From: Actinomycetota bacterium
GTDB lineage: Bacteria; Actinomycetota; Acidimicrobiia; Acidimicrobiales; Ilumatobacteraceae
DNA: 64,000 bases
Reading direction: 5' to 3'
Assembly: GCA_037129095.1 (NCBI GenBank)
Contig: JBAXVL010000001.1
Span: 53,437 to 117,436 of the forward strand
Each line of letters begins with the position of its first letter. The first letter of the stretch is position 1. The notes beneath the pieces were generated by a model. That model made no database searches, was not told where the DNA came from, and saw nothing but the letters and a program-made list of their open reading frames with translations. Shown one piece after another: positions 56,012-64,000 of this stretch. The translations under genes and the position numbers were made by a program.

Positions 56012-56446
56012 CTACATTCCTTGTAAAAGCATTACGGCAGCGAGAAAACCACACAGGGTCCATGCAATTGTGCGAGGCCAATTTGTTTGCACAAGTTCAC
56101 GTCCAACCTGCGCATCAGGTGCTTCCACCATGCGCGCGTGTCGCGGCACCGACAGAAAGATGGTGCACAAAAGCGCAACGGCCAATGAAGCGCCGTTCAC
56201 CCAGGTCAGCCACCACGACACACCTGAAGGTGTATTGGCCCACAGAATCAGTGTGGTCACACCTTCAACAGCCATTGGTGGGCCAACGACAATTCCTGTC
56301 CACTTCTGATGTTTCTCTGCGACTTTTTTCGCGCTCTCGACTGGAACTACTGCAAGCAACGGATAATGCACTAACTGCACAAACCAAATGACACCTACCA
56401 TGATGCAAGTAGCTACGAGATGCACTGTTAGCACGACATTGTCCAT
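56012..56446 (-). CDS. small 4-TM membrane protein (unassigned)
   Basis: 144 aa with four hydrophobic helices. It is packed between the Gfo/Idh/MocA and SDR genes with 1-3 nt gaps. Confidence 0.55.
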   Translation of the reverse strand: MDNVVLTVHLVATCIMVGVIWFVQLVHYPLLAVVPVESAKKVAEKHQKWTGIVVGPPMAVEGVTTLILWANTPSGVSWWLTWVNGASLAVALLCTIFLSVPRHARMVEAPDAQVGRELVQTNWPRTIAWTLCGFLAAVMLLQGM

Positions 56447-56447
56447 G

Positions 56448-57524
56448 TCAGAGTCCGTATTCCGATATCAGTACAGGCCGTTGTTCATCAATTGATTTGT
56501 GCGCTGCTGCACCAATGACAACTGACCACAAACCATCGACAACCGTGACTTCTGGTTGCGTATTATTCAGCACAGCGTCAACAAAGCGTTTGCATTCAAT
56601 AAAACTGGCACCGAAGTGAAAACCCATGTGCGCAATATCAGGATCTGTCGGTACGTCGATTTCACGCACCGACCGCGATGAACGGTCCCCAACAAAGATC
56701 TTGCCGTTACCTGGGATGAACGCTTCGAGTTTTCCCTTATCCCCCACAACAGTGATCTCTTGCTCATGCTGTCCACCTTCGGCAAACATTGACAAGTCGA
56801 GCATGGTACGAACACCATTTGCATATTCAACAATCACATAAGCGTTATCAAGAATGTCACTGCGACGGCCGTCGTATATCTCATCAAGATGATTCACGTC
56901 TTGACCACCACTAGCAATCACGCGCACAGGTTGAGAACCCACAGCAACATTCATAAGGTCAAAGAAATGACAGCACTTCTCCACCAAGGTGCCACCCGTA
57001 TTGGCCGAAAAACGATTCCAGTTATCAACCTTGACAAGAAATGGAAAACGATGTTCACGAATTGACATCATCTTCATATTGCCGATGATGCCGCTGCGCA
57101 ATTCACGCAACAGGCCAGCAATTGGCGCCATGTATCGATACTCAAGGCCCACCCACGTAATAGCGGAACGTTTTGATTGGGCTTTCACTACTGAAACGCA
57201 ATCCTCAACAGTGGTGCACATTGGTTTTTCTACAAGAACCGGAATGTTGGTTTCAAAAATGTCGTCCAGCAACGACTTGTGAGTGAAGTTAGGCGCGGCA
57301 ACAAGTACTGCATCAACAAGGCCGCTACTGAGAAGGTCTCGGTGATCCGTGAATTCAGTTACCACTGATGCACGGTCGCCCAAGGTATGACGGGCCCACC
57401 CCTGTTGTTCTTCGTGGGGGTCACTAATGGCTGTGACTGCAACATTTGTAATACCTACGAGATTGCGCAGGTGTTCGCACCCCATCATCCCAGTACCAAT
57501 AACGCCGATGCGCAGTTCTGCCAT
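56448..57524 (-). CDS. Gfo/Idh/MocA family oxidoreductase
   Basis: The ATG at 57524 is used (MAELRIGVIGTGMMGCEHLRNL Rossmann motif), followed by LVEKPM. Confidence 0.88.
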   Translation of the reverse strand: MAELRIGVIGTGMMGCEHLRNLVGITNVAVTAISDPHEEQQGWARHTLGDRASVVTEFTDHRDLLSSGLVDAVLVAAPNFTHKSLLDDIFETNIPVLVEKPMCTTVEDCVSVVKAQSKRSAITWVGLEYRYMAPIAGLLRELRSGIIGNMKMMSIREHRFPFLVKVDNWNRFSANTGGTLVEKCCHFFDLMNVAVGSQPVRVIASGGQDVNHLDEIYDGRRSDILDNAYVIVEYANGVRTMLDLSMFAEGGQHEQEITVVGDKGKLEAFIPGNGKIFVGDRSSRSVREIDVPTDPDIAHMGFHFGASFIECKRFVDAVLNNTQPEVTVVDGLWSVVIGAAAHKSIDEQRPVLISEYGL

Positions 57525-57622
57525 ATAAGCAAGGCTACGCCCCTCTAGTTTGCGTTCACCTCTATGACAACTAGTGTTTCTTCTTGTTGTTCCGGGGGGA
57601 ACAATTATCTGGGGGTATTTCC

Positions 57623-58729
57623 ATGGCAATCGTTGATCTCATTTCATCCGGACTCGGATTACTTGCATCTGAAAAAGACATCACACCTACGTGGGTAGAC
57701 GGCGTGATGCACGGAAGTGGACATCTGGAAGATGGCGTCACAGTGACTGCAGTCTCAACTGAGCGTATTGGCGAAGGTGTCGGAATTCTCAGCATCTTGC
57801 AGCGCGTGACCCCTACGTATTCCGGAACCACGAAAGCTCCGAAATCGATTGTCGTGAAGTATCCAACTGATGACCCAGTTCAGCGCGGAACTGCAGATGC
57901 TTTGGTGTTCTATATTCGCGAAGTTACTTTTTATCGTGACTGTGCACCAAGTGCGCCATTTAAAACTGCAAAGTGCTACGGCCAAGCAATTGAAAGTGAC
58001 AACACCAACTTCACAATTGCAATGGAAGATATCAGCCACTACCGACCACTCAATCAATTAGATGGTGTCAGCCTTGCAGATTCAAAAATTATGTTGGAAA
58101 AACTTGCGGACTTCCATGCAATGTGGTGGAACAGTCCGAAGTTGGCCAATATGCAAGGAATTTTCCCGCCACTTCTGAATCCAACATATGAAATGGTGTT
58201 GCCAATGTTGTGGGCTCAGGGTTGGCCACTAGTCGAACAATATGCGGGCCACTTACTTCCAGAGAGTGTTCGTGGCATCGGCGAGATTTGGGCAGGCAAA
58301 GTTCCCTGGATGCTCGGCAATCTTATGACGCCTGCCACCTTGTGTCATGGTGATTACCGCGCAGACAACATGATGTTTAATGGTGACGAACCTGTTGTGA
58401 TTGACTACCAAATTGTGGGTACAGGTTCCGGCATGTACGACGTCGGCTATTTCATTAGTCAGTCAATTACAACTGAAGTTCGTCGCGGCCATGACAAAGA
58501 ACTTGTTGATCTTTACCTTGATCGTTTGGAGACTCACGGAATCACAATTGACCGTAACGAAATGTGGCGCCAATATCTCGTATCAATTGTTTTCTGCGTT
58601 ACATATGGCGTCACATCTTTTGCGAATTACGCCGAGCAAAATGAACGTGGGAAGCAACTTGTTACAGACATGTTGCTTCGTTCATTAGATTGCGTAATTG
58701 ACAACGATGCAATGAAAGTGATTTTGTGA
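57623..58729 (+). CDS. phosphotransferase (APH/ecdysteroid-kinase-like) family protein
   Basis: The ATG at 57623 is used. The catalytic loop is LCHGDYRADNMMF, followed by VIDYQ (Brenner and DxD-like motifs). Confidence 0.8.
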   Translation: MAIVDLISSGLGLLASEKDITPTWVDGVMHGSGHLEDGVTVTAVSTERIGEGVGILSILQRVTPTYSGTTKAPKSIVVKYPTDDPVQRGTADALVFYIREVTFYRDCAPSAPFKTAKCYGQAIESDNTNFTIAMEDISHYRPLNQLDGVSLADSKIMLEKLADFHAMWWNSPKLANMQGIFPPLLNPTYEMVLPMLWAQGWPLVEQYAGHLLPESVRGIGEIWAGKVPWMLGNLMTPATLCHGDYRADNMMFNGDEPVVIDYQIVGTGSGMYDVGYFISQSITTEVRRGHDKELVDLYLDRLETHGITIDRNEMWRQYLVSIVFCVTYGVTSFANYAEQNERGKQLVTDMLLRSLDCVIDNDAMKVIL

Positions 58730-59088
58730 CCGACCACGTCCATGATCACGGGCGAGGTGTCTTGTCACAGTTGGCGCCTGAGGGTCGCGAACTAAAGGCT
58801 CTGATTCCTGGTGTCTATGAAGGGTTCGCCCAATTGCATACAGCGGCGTTCGCAGAAGGTGTGCTTGACAAAAAGACAAAAGAACTTCTTGCACTTGCAA
58901 TTGCAATCGCAGTTCGTTGTGATGGCTGCATTGCAAGCCATGCACGGGGGGCCGCAGTTAATAAAGCCACCGAGGCCGAAGTTGCTGAAACGATTGGTGT
59001 TGCAATTGCAATGAGCGGCGGGCCTGGCACGGTCTATGGCCCCCGCGCCCTTGCAGCCTTCCGCGACTTCGCACCCAAGCCCGAATAG
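58726..59088 (+). CDS. carboxymuconolactone decarboxylase / AhpD-like family protein
   Basis: KTKELLALAIAIAVRCDGCIASHARGA carries the AhpD-core CxxC motif. The GTG start overlaps the kinase stop (GTGA). Confidence 0.85.
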   Translation: MTDHVHDHGRGVLSQLAPEGRELKALIPGVYEGFAQLHTAAFAEGVLDKKTKELLALAIAIAVRCDGCIASHARGAAVNKATEAEVAETIGVAIAMSGGPGTVYGPRALAAFRDFAPKPE

Positions 59089-59138
59089 CACCCTTCTCCA
59101 GTGGTATCCACCTTGCGAGGTGGTTCTAGATTGCTGGT

Positions 59139-60374
59139 ATGTCGAATCTTGAAGTAACAGTTGATCCATCAGAAGTCGGGCTAGACCCCACACGTCTTGC
59201 ACGTATTCGTTCTCACTTTGGCAAGTACGTCGATAGTGGCAAGTTGCCTGGATACCACATCACAGTCTCACGCGCCGGCAAGTTGGCGTATAGCGACCTG
59301 TATGGACACGCTGACGCAGAAAACAAAAAGCCCATCGCGAACGACACCATCTACCGTGCCTACTCAATGACTAAACCCATCTGTGCAGTTGCTGCGCTGA
59401 TTTTGTGGGAAGAGGGCTTGTTTGAAATGCATGATCAAGTGAAATGGTTTATTCCATCTTTTGCTAACCAAAAAGTTTTCCGTTCAGGAACGTTGACTGC
59501 ACCACGGTATGAACCAGTCACTGAACCCATGGAAATGTGGCACCTCTTTTCACACACAGCCGGCATGACATACGGATTCGTGTATTCAAATCCTGTCGAC
59601 CAGATGTACCGCAACGCTGGTTTTGAATGGGGCACGCCACGTGATGCGTCACTTGCAGACATTTGCGACATCCTTGCTGGCCTTCCACTGATGTTCCAAC
59701 CCGGAACCGAATGGGCATATTCAATGTCAATTGATGTCCTTGGTCGTGTTGTAGAAATTCTTTCTGGCATGACACTTGGTGAATTCATGAAAAAGCGCAT
59801 CTTTGATCCGCTTGGCATGACCGATACTGCATTCCATTGTTCAGCTGACAAGGCTGATCGTCTTGCCGCCTTATATGTACCAAACCCTTCTGATAAAAAG
59901 ATCTTGCGTAACGACGCCGGTGCTGCCGGTGCTTTGAACGAACCAAAGGCACACCTTGGTGGCGGCGGACTCGTTTCCACGACAAGTGATTATTTGAAGT
60001 TTGCAGAAATGTTGCGTGGTGGTGGCGAATACAACGGCACACGTATTTTGTCCAATCGCACTATTGCATTTATGGCTTCGAACCATTTGCCAAACAATGC
60101 CGATCTCACTGAATACGGTCGACCACTGTTTGCAGAAACTGCATTCGATGGCGTGGGCTTTGGCCTCAGCGTCAGCGTCACGCTTGACCCTGTGAAAGCA
60201 AAAGTGCCAGGAAGTGCTGGAGATTACGGATGGGGCGGTGCTGCAAGCACCAACTTCACTGTTGATCCAAAAGAAGATCTCGTGTACATGATCATGACAC
60301 AGCTGATGCCGTCAAGCACATGGCCCTTGCGTCCGCAACTTAAGCAGTTGGTGCACCAGGCTTTAATTGATTAA
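59139..60374 (+). CDS. serine hydrolase, class C beta-lactamase/esterase family
   Basis: The S-x-x-K nucleophile motif (YRAYSMTKPI), YSMSIDVLG (Y-x-x) and the late GWGGAAST motif. Confidence 0.88.
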   Translation: MSNLEVTVDPSEVGLDPTRLARIRSHFGKYVDSGKLPGYHITVSRAGKLAYSDLYGHADAENKKPIANDTIYRAYSMTKPICAVAALILWEEGLFEMHDQVKWFIPSFANQKVFRSGTLTAPRYEPVTEPMEMWHLFSHTAGMTYGFVYSNPVDQMYRNAGFEWGTPRDASLADICDILAGLPLMFQPGTEWAYSMSIDVLGRVVEILSGMTLGEFMKKRIFDPLGMTDTAFHCSADKADRLAALYVPNPSDKKILRNDAGAAGALNEPKAHLGGGGLVSTTSDYLKFAEMLRGGGEYNGTRILSNRTIAFMASNHLPNNADLTEYGRPLFAETAFDGVGFGLSVSVTLDPVKAKVPGSAGDYGWGGAASTNFTVDPKEDLVYMIMTQLMPSSTWPLRPQLKQLVHQALID

Positions 60375-61275
60375 CGCGAGTTAGCTGCTTTCTCAGAACA
60401 AGAAGCAGTACAACTCCACAACCAATGATTGCAAGGCCTTGCAAGATCGTGCCAGGCAACCAATAAACAACTGTCATTATCAAACCCACGACAATTCCAG
60501 TAGCACCCGCAATTAAATGTTCTGGTGCGCGTTCACGTGAACCAATTGCAAACATCGCTGCACCAACACCAATCGGTATGAGACCACCAACGCCCACAGT
60601 GAAGACATTTGCCAGGGTGATTGAACCAATGACGATGAGTAGCGAACCCACGGCTCGTGGCAAGAATGAAAAACTGATTTTCTGCATGCCCATTGCAATC
60701 AGAACAGCACCACCGGCTATCAACATCAGACCTATGACGAGCAAGTGAACACGTCCACTTAACTTCACTGCAGATGTTGATGCCATCACCGCGATGGGTA
60801 TTGACGCGGTCAATAAAATGGATCCAGAGAATTGGGATCGAGATGCGCGTAGAGCACCCCATGTTCCACTTGCAACGGCCAGTAGGCAAACAGACCATGC
60901 CGACGGCATGCTGGTCATGTCTATCAAAATTCCAGATGCAACGATGACCGTCAGTACTGCAGCCATTTCAAGAACTTCACCTCCTCGCTGCCGTTCGCTT
61001 GTTCCTATCGACAACTTGCGTGAATAAAAGCCAGACACTGCCGCAACTACGTACAGAAGCACTGCAATTCCGGCTCTCGGAACATTGACAACAAGTCCGG
61101 CGACCATAAATGCCACGCCTATTGTGATGAGAACGGAAGCCAGATACGTCACTAATTCACGCACTCGAATTGAAAGTACTGGTGCACGCGCAATGTCGTC
61201 GGCTTGTTCGGCTGTCAGATGTCCGTCAGTAATAAGTTGCTGAAGTATTTCACTCTGTGATTGACGTTGTTCCAT
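60340..61275 (-). CDS. multi-TM membrane protein (unassigned)
   Basis: 311 aa. A soluble N-terminal about 35 aa is followed by about 9 hydrophobic helices. It overlaps the convergent hydrolase gene end by 35 nt. Confidence 0.6.
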   Translation of the reverse strand: MEQRQSQSEILQQLITDGHLTAEQADDIARAPVLSIRVRELVTYLASVLITIGVAFMVAGLVVNVPRAGIAVLLYVVAAVSGFYSRKLSIGTSERQRGGEVLEMAAVLTVIVASGILIDMTSMPSAWSVCLLAVASGTWGALRASRSQFSGSILLTASIPIAVMASTSAVKLSGRVHLLVIGLMLIAGGAVLIAMGMQKISFSFLPRAVGSLLIVIGSITLANVFTVGVGGLIPIGVGAAMFAIGSRERAPEHLIAGATGIVVGLIMTVVYWLPGTILQGLAIIGCGVVLLLVLRKQLTRVNQLKPGAPTA

Positions 61276-61291
61276 ATCAGCAGTGTTGCAC

Positions 61292-63457
61292 TTATTGAGG
61301 GTGAGTTGATGCCCAGTTCACAACATCAACAATTGATGCATCTAGGAGTGGAGCAATAAACGACGAAAAGGTAACAGTCATATGGTTATCGTCTCGGTAC
61401 ACCAAGATATTTCCCACAACAGTCGGGCAACCAGCGTCAGTACAAAACCATTGACGTGTCCAGAGCACATGAACTTTAGCAACATCAAAATCCTGCAACA
61501 TCTGATGCATATCGTCCCGATAGGCGGAACTAATAATCGGGTTACACAACTGCACATTTGTGTAGTGGCGACTGAGGCATGTCGGAACATCTTGTCCCGG
61601 ATACGGCGTATCTTCCATCAGCACAGGAGTTATGCCCTTCGCTTTTAGACCATCAATCGTCGACTGCATGGCCACACGCCATTCTTTTTGCCACATTGGC
61701 ACTCGAGTTGATGCTGATAACAATCGATCAAAGTGCGCTACAAAAACAACTTGCACGCCATCGGCCACCATTTGTTTCAGAACATTCGCGCGCCATGGCG
61801 CACATTCCTTATAAATCTTGCCAAGCACCTTGCTATACGTAGGTATGTCAGCGGGAGGGCATCCCCGCTTTGTGTACGTTATTAATTTCCAGTGTCGCTT
61901 AATTGCAATTTTCTCAAACGCCGGGAACCACTCCGCTGCGTGCGAGTCACCATACAATCCAATAATTGTTGATGATGATGCATCTCCGTAGACGCAATTT
62001 TTGGGACGAACCGTTGAAAATCCGGCATGACAATTATTGTTGTAGATCTTCGGCATGTCATTAAGAGCACCTTGAATTGTTGGCGTGATGTTCGAAGGTA
62101 ATCCTGTTGCTGCCATCGCTTGGACAATTGCATCGATCGGTGCACCCGGGCCAGGTAATTCTGGTTCCGTAGGAAAAGTAGTAGTAGACACACTCGGGTC
62201 AACAGTGGAAGTTGAGGCCTCCGACAACGTTGGTGTGGTTGCTTCTATTCCAGCAGAAAGTTTTGGTTGATTGTTTTGTGCCAAGACAGCGCTTCCACTT
62301 ACAACAGCAATAAGTGACACTGCCAATACCACAGCCCGAAGACCCGCAATGTTGTGATTACGACGTACAGGATTTTCTACGAATCGATACGACAGTTCGG
62401 ACAACGCAAGTGACATCATGAGGCATATAAGTCCCTCAAACACTGAGAGCTTCTTATTCAATGCAGATGCAGCGATGATTAACACCGGCCAATGCCACAA
62501 ATATGCTGAGTAAGAGCGTGAACCCAGCCATTGCAACGGTGAAAATCGCAGCAATGCATCAGGTGCCCACGGGGTTGCATTTCCTCCGCGTAATAAAAAT
62601 GCTGTGGCGATGACAGGAACAATCGCCCACGGCCCAGGGAACGTGGTGGTACCGGAAAACAATGTGACGGTAGAAATGATTACAGCAAGTCCGCACCACG
62701 CAGTTGCTGCATTAATGCGTAAGACTTTTACAGCTCCCCCAACAGGAACTACTGCTGCAAGTGCACCAATAGCTAACTCAAACGCACGTGTATGAGGCGA
62801 AAAAAATGCCCATGGTTGTGACGAATTCATTAATGCCATACATGCAATAAAAGATGCAACTGCTGCCACACCAGCGGTTATCCCAACACGCAATCGAACA
62901 TTGCGCATGGTACGTGTGCCCATGCCAACACAGACAAGCATCACAAGAGCGGGCCAGACAAGATAAAACTGTTCTTCAACAGCCAAGCTCCAGTAGTGCT
63001 GCAATGGCGACGGTGGTAGTGCTGCTTGTAAATAGTCTGCGCCACGATGTGCGAATACAAAGTTTGATGAAAACAATGCAACGGCAAGAACATCGCGAGA
63101 CAACGAACGCAATCTCAGAGGCTCAAGCCATACCCATGATGCAAGAAGTGTTGCGACTGCGACCAAAGCGGAAACCGGCAAGATTCGTCGCGCGCGCCGG
63201 GCATAGAACGCTCCCAAAGAAACTTTGCCTGTGCTGTCCTTCTCGGCGACCAGAAGCGATGTGATCAGAAAGCCTGACACCACAAAAAAGACATCAACTC
63301 CGACATACCCCCCACCGACGCCTGGGACACCAGCGTGAAAGAGTAAGACCGCAAGCACAGCAATGGCACGGAGCCCTTCAATATCTGTCCGCCGCTTCAC
63401 CGCTACGAGTATTGCCGCTTCAGGACTCAAGATGCAGGCACCTGAAATTCTTGCCAA
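61292..63457 (-). CDS. acyltransferase-3 (OafA/YrhL) membrane domain fused to SGNH hydrolase-like domain
   Basis: IEGLRAIAVLAVLLFHAG plus multiple TM helices. The C-terminal domain has GLYGDSHAAEW (GDSH block) and DDNHMT. Confidence 0.88.
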   Translation of the reverse strand: MARISGACILSPEAAILVAVKRRTDIEGLRAIAVLAVLLFHAGVPGVGGGYVGVDVFFVVSGFLITSLLVAEKDSTGKVSLGAFYARRARRILPVSALVAVATLLASWVWLEPLRLRSLSRDVLAVALFSSNFVFAHRGADYLQAALPPSPLQHYWSLAVEEQFYLVWPALVMLVCVGMGTRTMRNVRLRVGITAGVAAVASFIACMALMNSSQPWAFFSPHTRAFELAIGALAAVVPVGGAVKVLRINAATAWCGLAVIISTVTLFSGTTTFPGPWAIVPVIATAFLLRGGNATPWAPDALLRFSPLQWLGSRSYSAYLWHWPVLIIAASALNKKLSVFEGLICLMMSLALSELSYRFVENPVRRNHNIAGLRAVVLAVSLIAVVSGSAVLAQNNQPKLSAGIEATTPTLSEASTSTVDPSVSTTTFPTEPELPGPGAPIDAIVQAMAATGLPSNITPTIQGALNDMPKIYNNNCHAGFSTVRPKNCVYGDASSSTIIGLYGDSHAAEWFPAFEKIAIKRHWKLITYTKRGCPPADIPTYSKVLGKIYKECAPWRANVLKQMVADGVQVVFVAHFDRLLSASTRVPMWQKEWRVAMQSTIDGLKAKGITPVLMEDTPYPGQDVPTCLSRHYTNVQLCNPIISSAYRDDMHQMLQDFDVAKVHVLWTRQWFCTDAGCPTVVGNILVYRDDNHMTVTFSSFIAPLLDASIVDVVNWASTHPQ

Positions 63458-63525
63458 AATGGCGACCCCTCGGTGAGTGGTCTAAGGTCGTAGCAACATT
63501 TCCAACGACACCCTTAGGAGTCACC

Positions 63526-64000
63526 ATGGCACGTACCACCCGCCTGCTTGCATCGCTAGCAGCACTTTCATTCGTTGTTGCTTCATGCGGCGGCAGCAGT
63601 TCGTCATCTGACACAACATCTGCAGCAACTGGGTCATTGAAGTTCACACCCGTTGCCGAAGGCAAATTAACTGTCTGCTCCGATGCGCCATACGAGCCAT
63701 TTGAATTTCAGAATCCTGACAAGTCATGGACAGGTTTTGACATGGACATCATGTCGGCAATTGCAAAGCGCTATGGCCTGGCACTTGAAGTAACTGTTCA
63801 GCCGTTCGATGGTATTTGGTTGGCTCCCAAAGCTGGCACATGTGACGTCGTTGCATCGTCTCTCACCATCACACCTGAGCGTGCAGCTAACGCAGCATTC
63901 TCTGATGGGTACTTTGATTCATTCCAGTCATTGCTTGTTCGCACAGCAGATAAAGACACTTTGAATTCTCTTGCATCGTTGGCCGGCAAAAATGTCGCAG
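63526..64000 (+). CDS. amino-acid ABC transporter substrate-binding lipoprotein, N-terminal part (runs off the right edge)
   Basis: Own translation: MARTTRLLASLAALSFVVASCGGSS... (lipobox VVASC), then KLTVCSDAPYEPFEF...GFDMDIMSAIAKRYGL...FDGIW..L.AG.CDVVASSLTITPERA, which is typical of SBP family 3. Confidence 0.8.
   Translation, partial: MARTTRLLASLAALSFVVASCGGSSSSSDTTSAATGSLKFTPVAEGKLTVCSDAPYEPFEFQNPDKSWTGFDMDIMSAIAKRYGLALEVTVQPFDGIWLAPKAGTCDVVASSLTITPERAANAAFSDGYFDSFQSLLVRTADKDTLNSLASLAGKNVA

Noticed and set aside
59435-59980. 181-aa minus-strand ORF
   Set aside because: It is antisense to the serine hydrolase gene, which has an S-x-x-K motif.

Overview
No tools were run. Family calls come from motifs I recognise in the supplied translations plus my own reading of the DNA, so start codons are often uncertain. 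The window looks like a gene-dense actinobacterial chromosome segment. This is inferred from DivIVA, PAC2, HemQ/ChdC, an F420-type DDN oxidoreductase, a CysO-like sulfur carrier, a GlxR/Crp-type regulator and UPF0182. It holds about 70 protein-coding genes and two tRNAs with encoded CCA: Thr-UGU at 26995-27069 and Lys-UUU at 34533-34608. I saw no rRNA, CRISPR array, transposase or integrase. Recognisable core genes are groEL with an upstream CIRCE operator, ispD-ispF-rlmB, crp, glnD, dtd, hemQ, tag and surE. There are also two P-type ATPases (a copper type and a CtpE-like cation type) and many oxidoreductase and hydrolase genes. The observations most worth a second look are:

- **DivIVA fusion (248-2176).** A DivIVA protein ends in a phage Mu F/SPP1 gp7-like Cys/His domain, with no prophage nearby.
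- **C-P cleavage pair (49629-50986).** A PhyH-family dioxygenase is translationally coupled to an HD-domain oxygenase. This looks like a PhnY*/PhnZ or TmpA/TmpB oxidative C-P cleavage module, with PHO-box-like repeats upstream.
- **Accessory-looking stretch beside tRNA-Lys (34.6-45.2 kb).** It contains an Lcl-like collagen-repeat/DUF1566 surface protein facing a TetR gene, and a small ORF bracketed by a 37-bp direct repeat. It also has an AT-richer block with a GT-C-like 12-TM protein, a DUF1003 protein and an orphan Cys-rich secreted protein.
- **CysO-like carrier (23468-23746).** It ends in GG-Leu and sits directly behind an amidase.
- **Smaller oddities.** These are a decayed DUF1801 gene, a sulfatase with a C-S-T-T-R active-site motif, and an orphan sigma-70-like HTH protein.

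I cannot show that any of these is a truly undescribed system. Each finding states what would confirm or refute it.
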